DNA of 64,000 nucleotides from positions 16,499-80,498 of the IMG/VR virus record IMGVR_UViG_3300046170_000464. One strand, written 5' to 3'. The position numbers and the translations under genes were made by a program. This document shows positions 1-9,809 of the stretch, piece by piece. This DNA comes from a virus. The stretch's first letter is position 1. The number at the start of each line of letters is the position of its first letter. The notes beneath the pieces were generated by a model, which did not search any database, was not told the DNA's origin, and was given only the letters and a program-made list of their open reading frames with translations.

Positions 1-462
1 CAAGATAAATTTATTCCTTTTGACAACTACCGTCGCTGGAATTTAAGTGGTGTCACCCCAGATGTTTGGGGACCAATCGGATACAACTGCGGTTTTAAAT
101 TCCGTCCGGCTGAGTCCGGTGTGATTGGTTTTACAACACTAGGTAACCCATACGGTGGTTTTATGATCATGGATCAAGAAGACTCTGAAGAGTACATTCG
201 CTCAGACAGCAGTCACCCTGTAAAAAGTCACGCAAAAATTGGTTTAAGAAACTGGCCGATTGCCGATCGATCATCAATGGGTTTGGCTTTTGAAAAACTG
301 CTCCCAGGGCAAGAACATCGCCGAGCTATTCCTCTGATAAACGAAAATGGAAAAATTAAAATCCCTGAGTGCGCCTTAGTTCAGCACTTGGATAATAAGT
401 ACTCCTCTGCACTTTTAAAAAACTCTCCTATGATCGACACAGACACAATGTTTACATACTGA
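1..462 (+). CDS. 5'-truncated hypothetical protein, possibly glycosyltransferase-like
   Basis: Frame is open from base 1 (QDKFIPFDNY...). NPYGGFMIMD and LVQHLDNKY resemble, from memory, C-termini of phage GT-like proteins. Weak call. Confidence 0.4.
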   Translation, partial: QDKFIPFDNYRRWNLSGVTPDVWGPIGYNCGFKFRPAESGVIGFTTLGNPYGGFMIMDQEDSEEYIRSDSSHPVKSHAKIGLRNWPIADRSSMGLAFEKLLPGQEHRRAIPLINENGKIKIPECALVQHLDNKYSSALLKNSPMIDTDTMFTY

Positions 463-463
463 C

Positions 464-754
464 ATGTTCTCTTACTCCGATGACACCATCACCCTGGGAG
501 GTATCGAGTTTGACATGGCTATGCCGAGTATTTTTCCCGGCAGCACTGTGGACCACCCCAGTCACTACAACCAAGGTGATGTCGAGTGCATTGACGCAAT
601 GCTTGCTGCAGCTGGAAAAGATGCTGTACAAAACTTTTGTCACCTCTCTTGCATGAAGTATCTCTGGCGCTTTCAACACAAGAACGGAGTTGAAGATTTA
701 AAAAAAGCTGATTGGTACTTAAAAAAGCTTATTGAGCTGAATAAGTTAGACTGA
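464..754 (+). CDS. DUF3310 / SaV-like protein
   Basis: VDHPSHY...ECIDAM...KYLWR..HKNGVEDLKKA.WYL signature. Confidence 0.85.
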   Translation: MFSYSDDTITLGGIEFDMAMPSIFPGSTVDHPSHYNQGDVECIDAMLAAAGKDAVQNFCHLSCMKYLWRFQHKNGVEDLKKADWYLKKLIELNKLD

Positions 755-770
755 CAGAAAGAATTCACAA

Positions 771-1058
771 ATGGACATCCGCGCTTTCGGATCTGTATAC
801 GGGCAGACGCCCATACTGCCTTACGCAAGTGGGTTTGTTTGGGTGCCTTCGGACGGTCAAAAAACTTTTCCTACCTGCCGTTCTCTATTCGTCGAATCTA
901 AAAGTACTCCTGGGACAGATGACGTTTATGTACGTCTAAACGACATGGGAGAAAATCAATTTATACATATTGAAAATGTTGATGGCAATATCGAGTTGCC
1001 TTTTGGGGCAGTTACACTAAGCGGAGGTTCTGTGAACGGCGTAGTCGTCCTTTACTAA
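771..1058 (+). CDS. Hypothetical small virion protein
   Basis: Beta-rich 95 aa ORF ending VVVLY; TAGACT -10-like element at 747-752. Confidence 0.6.
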   Translation: MDIRAFGSVYGQTPILPYASGFVWVPSDGQKTFPTCRSLFVESKSTPGTDDVYVRLNDMGENQFIHIENVDGNIELPFGAVTLSGGSVNGVVVLY

Positions 1059-1065
1059 TAGGACT

Positions 1066-1632
1066 ATGAATTTATTTAAGTGGACTGCATTAGGAGTCGG
1101 TAGTGTTGTTGCTGTAGCACACATTGGTGTGTTGGGGCACATTATCAAAGCAACGAAAGCTCCACAAGCTCCAGTTATAAATTTTCCCAGAGGAGATTAT
1201 TCTTCTTACAAAGTCAAAGCAGATAAAGAAGGTTATACAGTCGAATACAAAGCAAACGATCCTACTGTTCTTGAGTCACAAAAATCTTTATCGCTAGATA
1301 AGGAAAAGAAAGGATTTTTCGGTGGTGGTAGTGAAAATCGTCACGAGTGGCGCAAAGACCAGTTCACTATGGACGGCACTAGGAACCTAGGAGGTGTCGT
1401 AGCAGATGGTGAGGGAAAGTCTGCAAAAGACATAGAGTGCATCGTGGCGGACGCTGGAGCACGGTCACAAGGTGCAATGGCCGGAACTAGTATTGCTGCT
1501 GGTGTTGGTGTTCCTGCTGTTATCGGTATCCCGTATGTTGGGTGGCTAGCTGCTGGATGGGTTTCACTATTAGGCGGAAAATTAGGTTCTGCTGCTGGAT
1601 CTACCGTTGGTAGCATAGTTAATGACTGCTAA
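1066..1632 (+). CDS. Conserved cyanophage membrane protein with glycine-zipper C-terminus
   Basis: N-terminal hydrophobic helix; ECI..DAG..SQG..AG and IPYVGWLAAGW Gly-rich helices. Confidence 0.65.
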   Translation: MNLFKWTALGVGSVVAVAHIGVLGHIIKATKAPQAPVINFPRGDYSSYKVKADKEGYTVEYKANDPTVLESQKSLSLDKEKKGFFGGGSENRHEWRKDQFTMDGTRNLGGVVADGEGKSAKDIECIVADAGARSQGAMAGTSIAAGVGVPAVIGIPYVGWLAAGWVSLLGGKLGSAAGSTVGSIVNDC

Positions 1633-1638
1633 ATAAAG

Positions 1639-1932
1639 ATGAGTTTTACTGGTTACTCCGATATTTTTGCTGATCGTTACGGACGGTCTATTGCCGCCGC
1701 TGATAATCAAAGGCGTCGGGATCAAGAATCCACACAGCAATTCGCTGGGCAAGTTCAGTCAGACTTGAATCAAGAAGCCGGTGGCCCTGTTCCTCCAACA
1801 ATGCCGGACGATGGGAGTAACCCGCAGTTTGATACTGGTATGGACGAGGAAGTAAACGAAAACGTAGAACGCACTAAAAATTACTTACTGGAAGTATCTA
1901 AGAAACGCTTGAATCAAGTAGCAGACGTCTAA
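1639..1932 (+). CDS. Hypothetical protein
   Basis: ATG ORF packed in the + strand operon. Confidence 0.6.
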   Translation: MSFTGYSDIFADRYGRSIAAADNQRRRDQESTQQFAGQVQSDLNQEAGGPVPPTMPDDGSNPQFDTGMDEEVNENVERTKNYLLEVSKKRLNQVADV

Positions 1933-1969
1933 GACTGAGGTAGCATATTGCTACTCGAATCGTTCTTCT

Positions 1970-2782
1970 GTGCTGATCGATTGCTTTCCTTATTTCAATG
2001 AAAAGGAGCTATTAGAACTTCGTATCAAAACTCTCTACGATCATGTAGATGGCTTCTTGATAACAGATGCTAATTATACGCACAGAGGGGAACCTAAAGA
2101 ATTTACTTGCGTTAATACTCTCAGAGAGCTCGGGATTCCCGAAGACAAAGTGCAAGTGCTCCACGTTGAGTTACCTACGTACGAAGAAGCACCAGACCCC
2201 TGGGTCAGAGAAAGAGGACAGAGAGACGCTTTAAGTGTTGGTTTATTTCAGCTGCCAGGAGATACTTTTTTTATATGCTCCGATTGTGACGAAATAGCAA
2301 ATCCGGAAAAGCTAGAAGAGGTAAAACAAGCTGTTCTAGATAACCCTGATAAGACAGTTCGTTTGAGTATGTCTATGCACTACGGACGAGCTGACCGACA
2401 GCTTCAATCACCACAAGAAGAAAAATTCGATTGGCGCTGTGGGGTAGTTAGTACGGTTGATGGTCTAAGGGAATTCGGAACTCTTTCTTCGTTACGAGCC
2501 ACTACGAACAATTATTACGTAGGTGAACGTGATGCAGGGTGGCATTTTAGCTGGATGGGTGATGCAGATAAACGACGAACTAAGTTACGCTCCATCGCTG
2601 AGTATTACATCTGGGATAAACCTGAAGTACAGGAGTTGTGTGACGAATTCAAACCTGAAGAAGGCAACACAGACATGCTTGGTCGTCAGGATCATTTGTT
2701 GACTTCGTATCCAGTGGATAAACTTCCTGAAGGTGCCCTTAGAATAGAAAGAGTTAGAAAATACCTTTTACCTGATGGCTGA
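1970..2782 (+). CDS. Glycosyltransferase family 17-like (beta-1,4-GlcNAc transferase/MGAT3-like)
   Basis: DCFPYFNE.ELLELR...VD.F.I...N.TH.G.PK N-terminus, E..QR, SDCDEI (DxD) and GWHFSW motifs. Confidence 0.85.
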   Translation: MLIDCFPYFNEKELLELRIKTLYDHVDGFLITDANYTHRGEPKEFTCVNTLRELGIPEDKVQVLHVELPTYEEAPDPWVRERGQRDALSVGLFQLPGDTFFICSDCDEIANPEKLEEVKQAVLDNPDKTVRLSMSMHYGRADRQLQSPQEEKFDWRCGVVSTVDGLREFGTLSSLRATTNNYYVGERDAGWHFSWMGDADKRRTKLRSIAEYYIWDKPEVQELCDEFKPEEGNTDMLGRQDHLLTSYPVDKLPEGALRIERVRKYLLPDG

Positions 2783-2918
2783 CAAAATGCCTGCGGAGGT
2801 TTTGGCTAAGTTCCAAAAGGATCGCGACGAAAAAAAGGCTCCTAGTGGTGACGAGGTTAAGATGGAAAAACAGAAACGGGCTAAAGAAAAAGCTCGTTCC
2901 TTCAAAGAAAAGAAGTAA
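2775..2918 (+). CDS. Small basic protein (47 aa), not in ORF track
   Basis: MADKMPAEVLAKFQKDRDEKK...RSFKEKK fills the gap between the GT and portal genes. Confidence 0.6.
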   Translation: MADKMPAEVLAKFQKDRDEKKAPSGDEVKMEKQKRAKEKARSFKEKK

Positions 2919-2926
2919 TTTTTTAA

Positions 2927-5146
2927 ATGGCAGCCTCACTTGACACGCGGAATAAGTTCGAGGAGATCTTAGAGGCTGCTCGGACTCAAGGTCGACAGAA
3001 CCAAGCTGCAACCATGGTGGTGCTGAGCCACTTGCAGCAGATGACCCTCTTGATGATTAAAAAGGGGATCTCTTTTTACTGCGACCAAGACACTCTAAAA
3101 AGCAGAACAAGATTTCTGCACGATGTGATCGAGTTAAATCGGCTTGATATTCGTTTTCCAGCGATTATCCGAAACTTCCTAATTGATGGTTGTGGCCTGT
3201 TTTACTTCCGCCCAGATCAAAAACTTAAATATCAAATCTATTTCTTTAACAAAAATCAATATCGGGTCTTTCACGATCTGAATGGTCAAATTGAAGAAGT
3301 CGTAATTATTTACGATTACAAAGTAAAGAACGCCACCCTTGGTCTACCGAGCGATGTCTACGGACAAAACAAACGGTATGTTCGACTTTCGATTACAGCT
3401 GAGACAATCAGCGAAGTTGAGTCTGACTCAGAACTAAGTTTCGAAGTAGAACCAGGCCCAGGTATCAACGGCACTAAAGTTCGCGCAAATTCTCTTGGTT
3501 TTGTGCCCGCTGTTGAATGCTTAAACAAACCTAACGCCAGCGGCACAGAAGGAGAAGGTGATTTTGATCCGTTTATGGAGCAAATTGTGCTTCATAACGA
3601 GATGATCACCAACATCTCAAAGAATATTGAATTTTTTGGTAACCCTACTCTGATCTCCAGCCGACCACGGTCTGACCTGGTCGAAGCTGCTGATGCCGGA
3701 AGTGCTTTCCGTCCCACAATCAGTTCTCAAAGTGGGTTTGCTGGGAGAGATTCTCCTTCAACACGCGTTAGTGAACCATTCGGTTCAGCGATGGGAGGTG
3801 GCCTTCGTGTGCCTCGCATCATCGCTAACGTCGAACCTTCAGATCGTGTCGGCTACATGACGCCTGACCCGATTAGCGGTGACATGAACCGTTATGTTCT
3901 GTTGCTGAGAGAAGAAATCCGTACCGCTCTTGGCGGTGTGGACGAAATTTCAATCTCGGCAGGCGCAACTGCGACAGAAATTAAAGGTTTGATGGGTCGT
4001 GCCCAAGCCACGGCTCTTCGAAAAAACAAAAGTTTCCTTACTTACGGTTTTTGTCGTCTCTTAGAGATGATGATTTACCACCAGGAAATGATCTTCCGTG
4101 AGTCGTTTATTGCGGCCTCAGGATTAAAGGAACCTAAAGAACCAACTGAATTAACCGAAGACTCAACTGAAAAATATCAGAAAGCTTTACGTCGTTTTGA
4201 CATGAAGCTCGACGAAGAAATTAAAAAAGCCTTAGAGAAAAACAAAGTTCCTCGCGGCGTTATTGGTTTACCAGAAGATGGAGACCGTAGCGTTTCATAT
4301 CGCTTTATGGGCGATGTGTACGAAGATACGGCCTTTGACTTACAGCAAAAGTCAATCGTTGTAAGGAACATGCAAGAGGTTGGTGTTAATAGTGTTGAAG
4401 CTATTAAGTACCTATTCCCGGATAAGACTGAAGCCGAACGTGCCGAAATGTTGAAAGGATTCCCTTTCAGAATGGTTGGACAAACACAGTCGGCAATGCA
4501 GCAATTCCTGGTATTATTAAATCAGATGTATCAGTCTCCGCATCCTCTTGCGCCTGATCAACCCCTTGCGGCTGATCCTAGACTGAATATCACACCGCTC
4601 CTTTACAGGACGTTTGATCACCTTGCGGAAGAATTAACTTACTCGGGTAGCTATGAGCCAGCAGATCCAAGCTTCGACCCCGAGCCCGGTGTCCCCGGCG
4701 GCAGCCCCGGCGGTATACAACGACCAGGGCTCAACAACCGCCTTCCCGCAGTGGGTGGCACAAACGTCTACCCCGGCGGTAGCTTCGGTGCCTACAGCCC
4801 AAGCGCCACAGCAGGTGGCACCGGTTTCGGACCCTTCTATCAACGCCCCGTCCAGCCCGTCAACGTCGCAATCCTCCCCGAGCAACCCTTGGGAAGCAGC
4901 GATGGGGTCCCTGGAACGAGTGTTGGGCCAGATTCCATCCCCCAACCAGGCAGCACCATCACAGACCCTGGAAACACTGCAGGGTACAACACAGCTGAGT
5001 CAGCCTTCACAGGTCCAGCCTTGGGCCTACCAGCAGCAGGCTCCGCAGACATTGCCTACCAGCGCCTCACCGACCCAAACTTCCTCGCAGGCTTCTACGG
5101 AAACCAGCAACGGGGAACTCAGCGCCGCAAGCGTCGAGGTAATTAA
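2927..5146 (+). CDS. Portal protein (probable) with long Pro/Gly-rich C-terminal extension
   Basis: GFVPAVECLN...GEGDFDPFMEQI..HN...NIEFFGNPTL portal-like pattern; size and position upstream of scaffold and capsid genes. Confidence 0.7.
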   Translation: MAASLDTRNKFEEILEAARTQGRQNQAATMVVLSHLQQMTLLMIKKGISFYCDQDTLKSRTRFLHDVIELNRLDIRFPAIIRNFLIDGCGLFYFRPDQKLKYQIYFFNKNQYRVFHDLNGQIEEVVIIYDYKVKNATLGLPSDVYGQNKRYVRLSITAETISEVESDSELSFEVEPGPGINGTKVRANSLGFVPAVECLNKPNASGTEGEGDFDPFMEQIVLHNEMITNISKNIEFFGNPTLISSRPRSDLVEAADAGSAFRPTISSQSGFAGRDSPSTRVSEPFGSAMGGGLRVPRIIANVEPSDRVGYMTPDPISGDMNRYVLLLREEIRTALGGVDEISISAGATATEIKGLMGRAQATALRKNKSFLTYGFCRLLEMMIYHQEMIFRESFIAASGLKEPKEPTELTEDSTEKYQKALRRFDMKLDEEIKKALEKNKVPRGVIGLPEDGDRSVSYRFMGDVYEDTAFDLQQKSIVVRNMQEVGVNSVEAIKYLFPDKTEAERAEMLKGFPFRMVGQTQSAMQQFLVLLNQMYQSPHPLAPDQPLAADPRLNITPLLYRTFDHLAEELTYSGSYEPADPSFDPEPGVPGGSPGGIQRPGLNNRLPAVGGTNVYPGGSFGAYSPSATAGGTGFGPFYQRPVQPVNVAILPEQPLGSSDGVPGTSVGPDSIPQPGSTITDPGNTAGYNTAESAFTGPALGLPAAGSADIAYQRLTDPNFLAGFYGNQQRGTQRRKRRGN

Positions 5147-5564
5147 ACAGTTTGGTGTTGAAGCTCCTGGAATTCTGAATTCTTATGCTTGCGCTTTGGA
5201 GGACATGCTCCTTCAGCAGGCACAAAAGACCGATCAAATCACCGAAAGAGCCGGTGGTATGGAGCAAATCCTTACCAACCCTGATTTCTTGGCTGATTAC
5301 ACTGATCGTTTCTTTACTGAAGTGGTTCCTGTTGACATCGATAGCGATGTTCAAACTCAGGCTCCTCAGCAGTATCAGCAGAACTACGACATGCCTGCTC
5401 CTCCGGCTGCAACTGCCGGTCAACAGCAAGCTGCTCAACCACAGCAGCAGTGGGATGCCTTCGGCGACGCTATGAATCGTTCACCTGAGAACGCATGGCG
5501 TCATCTCGCACATATGAGCCCTGAAGCTCTGCGTTCTAAGCTCCTCTTTATGGAAGCTTCTTGA
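4653..5564 (+). CDS. Scaffolding-like protein, overlapping the portal gene by 494 nt
   Basis: Q/P/S/A-rich N-terminus, helical core, position between portal and capsid; followed by terminator. Confidence 0.6.
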   Translation: MSQQIQASTPSPVSPAAAPAVYNDQGSTTAFPQWVAQTSTPAVASVPTAQAPQQVAPVSDPSINAPSSPSTSQSSPSNPWEAAMGSLERVLGQIPSPNQAAPSQTLETLQGTTQLSQPSQVQPWAYQQQAPQTLPTSASPTQTSSQASTETSNGELSAASVEVIKQFGVEAPGILNSYACALEDMLLQQAQKTDQITERAGGMEQILTNPDFLADYTDRFFTEVVPVDIDSDVQTQAPQQYQQNYDMPAPPAATAGQQQAAQPQQQWDAFGDAMNRSPENAWRHLAHMSPEALRSKLLFMEAS

Positions 5565-5625
5565 CTTAAACCTTAAACCCTGTAACTTTATTAAGTGGAA
5601 GGGTTTAGGGGGCTCTGCCCAGGGA

Positions 5626-5654
5626 AAGACTCCTCGAAAGGGGGGTCTTTTTTC
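5626..5654 (+). terminator. Rho-independent terminator
   Basis: AAGACTCCTC-GAAA-GGGGGGTCTT stem then T-run; an additional hairpin lies at 5571-5610. Confidence 0.8.
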
Positions 5655-5682
5655 TGCTATCTTGATAAAAAAGAAGCTAATT

Positions 5683-5817
5683 ATGAAGTCTTTACAAGCT
5701 AGTGGTCGAGATAAAAGCAAAGGGAAGGAGAAAAAACCTCGTGTAGGAGCATCCCCAGGCCCAGCCAAACAAACTGCGGCTGAACAAGAGGTATTTGACG
5801 AAAATGTTCAACTCTGA
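5683..5817 (+). CDS. Small hypothetical protein (44 aa)
   Basis: MKSLQASGRDKSKGKEKKPRVG...; not in ORF track. Confidence 0.45.
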   Translation: MKSLQASGRDKSKGKEKKPRVGASPGPAKQTAAEQEVFDENVQL

Positions 5818-5847
5818 TTCTCTTTAGTCACTATTTTTGTCAGATTT

Positions 5848-6108
5848 ATGTTGCGTAGTCTTTTTTCGCTAGTTCTTGCCGCTGTCTTGTGGGTTCAAGT
5901 GCCTCAATGGGAAGCCGACTGGTCAAGATGCGCTGTTGATGTACCCGATGTCAGCTGTCATTGGTACGTAGTCGCACCAGATAACACTTTTGGCAAAGGT
6001 TTTGACTGGGCAACAGCACCGTGGTTTGATGTCAACGGCCTGCAAGACGTAAGCAAGTTAAAAAACACGATGCAAGTAATCCATCAAGAATCTTTGTCGG
6101 TTAGCTGA
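5848..6108 (+). CDS. Secreted protein of picocyanobacterial type
   Basis: Signal peptide; Trp/Cys-rich WVQVPQW...CAVDVPD..CHWY..APDN motif. Confidence 0.65.
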   Translation: MLRSLFSLVLAAVLWVQVPQWEADWSRCAVDVPDVSCHWYVVAPDNTFGKGFDWATAPWFDVNGLQDVSKLKNTMQVIHQESLSVS

Positions 6109-6419
6109 AGATCTTTACTTGTTTTTTCTTTAATTTTGTGGAGCACCGTAACTTCAAGGGTATTTAGTATTTTTATACCGGCGTAACCACCTACAAAAGC
6201 CACTGCAACGGCTTCTGTTTTACTTAATTTCATTCGCTCAGCTATCGCAGGGCTGACAAAAGTCGCAAGTAACCAGCCGACAGATAATGCTCTTAAAAAA
6301 TGTGTTATGAACTCGCGTTTACTTCGTGGGTTGACTAAAGCTTCAGTCACGGTGCCTGCAATAGAGCTACCTGCTAGACCAGCATCAACTGCCATCATAG
6401 ATGCAACTTTCTCTAGCAT
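6084..6419 (-). CDS. Holin-like membrane protein
   Basis: Three hydrophobic segments, AFVGGYAG, basic C-terminus. Confidence 0.5.
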   Translation of the reverse strand: MLEKVASMMAVDAGLAGSSIAGTVTEALVNPRSKREFITHFLRALSVGWLLATFVSPAIAERMKLSKTEAVAVAFVGGYAGIKILNTLEVTVLHKIKEKTSKDLQLTDKDS

Positions 6420-6485
6420 CTGACTATTAAGTATTAGTGCTATATGAATCTTAATCAGACTTAGAGTATAAAAAAAGCTCGGTAA

Positions 6486-7313
6486 ATGACTTTTGCTGCT
6501 CTTACAAACTGGAAATACGACAAATCGTTATATCACAACATCCAGTCAGGACCTCAGCGAACTGGATCTAACTTAAATCTCACAGATACTTACTTACTTA
6601 CGTCAAGTGGGTACGTTTACGCAAGTGGGCAACAACAAACCTTTGTCGCTTTGCACGATCAAGGAGCAAACTTTGGAATAGTCACTCCTGGGCCACCAAA
6701 TAGTTCTGGTTACTTCACTACTGACTGGAGAGCTGTGCCCACGGCTGTGTCAGGCTACTGGACCGATTATCAAAACACTTATCCTCATTCATCGGGACTT
6801 TTAACTGTTTACAACGGATTTAGACGTCAAGGTTTAATTAATACTGCTAACAGCACTGTACAAACTGCTTTTGGGCCTGAACCTGGTCTAAAAGACATTG
6901 GACCTTACATTTCCTACGGAAGAAACCTTCCAGATAATCAATTTTATGGTCCGTTTGAGACACCTGAAGGAAATACAGCAGCGCAAGGTAGTACAGGTGG
7001 ACCTGTCGCTTACCCTCTCTCGCAATTCCCTCTTTTAACTAACCCGACACAAGGCGTAACCGGATCTAGGGCTGATTGGGTTTATAACACTCCTGTGTAC
7101 TGCAAGGTGTGGACAGAATCGACGACGTCAAGAGTTCCTCCAGGCGAAACAGCTGACAATACGAATCCAATCGTAAGAGGTAGTTATAGAGGTAGATCTT
7201 CTCGGTATGTTCCAAATTACGGTGGAATCTATGGAGTACTAGGAGAAGGTGTTAGAGGCATGATCCGCACCTTTAGTTCTACAGTTAATAGTTCTAACCA
7301 AAAAGGTATTTAA
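6486..7313 (+). CDS. Virion structural protein
   Basis: T/G/S/Y-rich; adjacent to major capsid gene; 6 SG dipeptides. Confidence 0.6.
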   Translation: MTFAALTNWKYDKSLYHNIQSGPQRTGSNLNLTDTYLLTSSGYVYASGQQQTFVALHDQGANFGIVTPGPPNSSGYFTTDWRAVPTAVSGYWTDYQNTYPHSSGLLTVYNGFRRQGLINTANSTVQTAFGPEPGLKDIGPYISYGRNLPDNQFYGPFETPEGNTAAQGSTGGPVAYPLSQFPLLTNPTQGVTGSRADWVYNTPVYCKVWTESTTSRVPPGETADNTNPIVRGSYRGRSSRYVPNYGGIYGVLGEGVRGMIRTFSSTVNSSNQKGI

Positions 7314-7395
7314 CGCTAAAAACGAGACGTCAGCTATGTAGACATAGTTGATAAAAGGCTAAGATTATTTTGTAGTTTCTTGTGGACACTTATCG

Positions 7396-8511
7396 ATGTT
7401 TATCGATAATGATTTCCCCAAGATTCTTGGTGCGGAACTGTATCGTCCCCATCCTGCTTATATCGTTGAAATGGCTGCCGAACCGGTGGTCGTTCATGAT
7501 TTTTCTAAGCAGCCTGGTCAGACTGTTCAGCTCGATCGTTATCGTTTCTTCGGTAACCCAGGCTCCAAGGAATCTCGGGAACGTACTGCAGAGCAGACCA
7601 TTGGTACTGCTAACAGCCGTAACATCGTCAAGGACAAAGTCCTGGTGACTCTTAAGGAGTACACCGGACCTGCGGACCCTAACGATCCAACTCAGCCTTC
7701 TACTTTCAAGATTGCTCGGGAAACCCTTATCACTGCGCAGCGACTGCTGCTTGATACAGGCAACCTGACCACCTTCCATCAGTCAATCGGCAGTCTGACC
7801 CTGCTCGATGACTATCGTCGGTGGCGCGATCGGGTGTTCATTAATGAACTCCTTAAAGCTGTTTCTAAGGGACAAAGTTCTGATTCCCAGGGTGGTTATT
7901 ACTTCCCAGGTGATCTAGCAACTGGTGCCCTTACCTACACCAACGCCGAACAAGCTAAGTTCGACGTCAAGGACGACCTCCTCCGTGTGGTCAAGTCCCT
8001 CCGTAAGCGCAACACGCCGACCTACCAGGACGGTTTCTATCGCTGCGTTTGCGATCCTACATTCCTGATGCACCTGCGTCAGAACTCTGACTTCCGTGAG
8101 GTCGCTCGTTACCCAGGTAACGGACAGATCAACCCGCTGATGTCGGCTATGCAGCCGAACGCCAGCATCTACATGGGTCAGGGCTTCGGCCAAGCTACGT
8201 TTGTGGCTGGCGAACCGATCATGCCAACTGGCTTCGTCTTTGAAGGCGTGCGATTCTTCGAATCCACCAACATGCCTTCCCAGACCCAGAGTGCAACGAT
8301 CGCAGGTGCGACTGCAGATACCAAGGCTGCCATCGGCATGTTCTTCGGTCCTCAGTCTGTTGGTGTGGGCATCGGCGGTAACAACGCTCAGGTGCTTCTC
8401 AACAACAATGACGACTTCAGCCGTTTCATCATGATGATTTGGAGCCTCTATGCAGGTTTCGAACTTCTGAACGCTGATTTCGCCACAATTGCTTACTCCT
8501 TTGACGCCTGA
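7396..8511 (+). CDS. Major capsid protein
   Basis: 371 aa, strongly biased codons; PGQTVQLDRY, VTLKEYTG, GFVFEGVRFFES capsid-like motifs. Confidence 0.85.
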   Translation: MFIDNDFPKILGAELYRPHPAYIVEMAAEPVVVHDFSKQPGQTVQLDRYRFFGNPGSKESRERTAEQTIGTANSRNIVKDKVLVTLKEYTGPADPNDPTQPSTFKIARETLITAQRLLLDTGNLTTFHQSIGSLTLLDDYRRWRDRVFINELLKAVSKGQSSDSQGGYYFPGDLATGALTYTNAEQAKFDVKDDLLRVVKSLRKRNTPTYQDGFYRCVCDPTFLMHLRQNSDFREVARYPGNGQINPLMSAMQPNASIYMGQGFGQATFVAGEPIMPTGFVFEGVRFFESTNMPSQTQSATIAGATADTKAAIGMFFGPQSVGVGIGGNNAQVLLNNNDDFSRFIMMIWSLYAGFELLNADFATIAYSFDA

Positions 8512-8526
8512 GGAGGAAATTAAACA

Positions 8527-9393
8527 GTGATTAACGCTAATCAGTTACACGTTGCCAAGATTTATCCTGGTAACTACACGAATGTTCTTCGTTACTGGCA
8601 CGAAGTAAAATCCATTGCATCTCAGAATGCAAATGGTGTTGACACGACCATGACGGGTCAGCCCGTTGGTGGTCCTGTCGGTGTTGTGTTCCAGCCTGGC
8701 TGGATTGCACAGCAGGCAGTTGGTTATGTCGACATGAGCTACCAAGCTCTTGGCACTAACAACCAGCTTGCCTACTATGCGCAACCTTATGGCTCAGGTC
8801 AGAACGCTTCTCAGCAGCCTTTCCTGAACGCCAACGTTATCGTTCCTTCACCCGACTTCCACAAAGATGTCCGGGCTGACATTACCGATGGCATTAAAGT
8901 CCCTGCAACAGCCTACGTTTATCGCGCTTCTCTGCGCCTTAGCGGTGGCGACATCGTTAGCAGCGGCGTTGCTGGATCTGATTCTACTCCTGAACTAACC
9001 CTCGTTCCCGCTGTGGGCGAAGGTCTTAAGGATGACGGCACTGTCGTCTCCGGTCAGTTCGGTGCAACCATTACTGGTGCTAACAGCGCTATCGCTAACG
9101 GTAGTGTTGCTTCCACGAACATCTTCGACTCCAGCAGCTGGGCTGCTTTGGGTTCTGAGACTACTTGGAAATTGTTCACCACTAGTGATCAGAGTGCTTC
9201 TGGTCTTTACCAAGGCTCAGGTGTCTATGACCCCCGTGCCGGTGTCAACAAGTTGGCTGGTGATGACAAGGCTCTCGCTATCTGCGAAGTCTGCTGGATT
9301 ATTCCTGATGAGCCACCCGAGCGCCAGGACGTTGCTCTGCAACCCGATGGCCTCACCGAATCTCAGGTGTACACCTCCACTTCTCCTTCCTGA
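8527..9393 (+). CDS. Abundant structural protein (capsid decoration or tail tube)
   Basis: Directly after capsid gene, GAGGAGG RBS, same codon bias, followed by terminator. Confidence 0.7.
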   Translation: MINANQLHVAKIYPGNYTNVLRYWHEVKSIASQNANGVDTTMTGQPVGGPVGVVFQPGWIAQQAVGYVDMSYQALGTNNQLAYYAQPYGSGQNASQQPFLNANVIVPSPDFHKDVRADITDGIKVPATAYVYRASLRLSGGDIVSSGVAGSDSTPELTLVPAVGEGLKDDGTVVSGQFGATITGANSAIANGSVASTNIFDSSSWAALGSETTWKLFTTSDQSASGLYQGSGVYDPRAGVNKLAGDDKALAICEVCWIIPDEPPERQDVALQPDGLTESQVYTSTSPS

Positions 9394-9414
9394 TATACTC
9401 AGCAAGCGAGGACC

Positions 9415-9447
9415 AAAGACCTTTCCTTCGGGAAGGGTCTTTTTTTT
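9415..9447 (+). terminator. Rho-independent terminator
   Basis: AAAGACCTTTCC-TTCG-GGAAGGGTCTTT then T-run. Confidence 0.9.
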
Positions 9448-9518
9448 GTCTTTAACCACATATATTTATTTCTAAATTATTTACGTAACTAAAATATGAG
9501 TAACAAACGAATAGCACT

Positions 9519-9809
9519 ATGTCTGATCTCACAGATCAAATGATTAAGTGCAGGCAGTGTGAGAAATGCGGTGCTAAGTGGATAAACGATCAGCTTTACT
9601 GGGCAACAGGCAAAAAAGGAAAGAACGATGATTTGGCAGGTTTAGTTTGCAACACGGTCAATTCACCGGAGTGCATTAACCCTGAAAAGGGTTCGGAAAC
9701 TGGAGATACCTGGGAGAAAAGACTAGGCAAGCTAAAGCAGCTCTCCACGGTAATGGAGAAGGAATACGATATTAAGTGGGATTCAGGAAGCTCGGGTTCA
9801 GACTTTTAG
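9519..9809 (+). CDS. Conserved cyanophage Cys-rich (Zn-binding) protein
   Basis: CEKCGAKWIN...DLAGLVCN...CINP...GDTWEKR. Confidence 0.7.
   Translation: MSDLTDQMIKCRQCEKCGAKWINDQLYWATGKKGKNDDLAGLVCNTVNSPECINPEKGSETGDTWEKRLGKLKQLSTVMEKEYDIKWDSGSSGSDF

Noticed and set aside
7382-9475. Alternate-frame and antisense ORFs over the capsid genes
   Set aside because: Expected by-product of strong codon bias in highly expressed genes.
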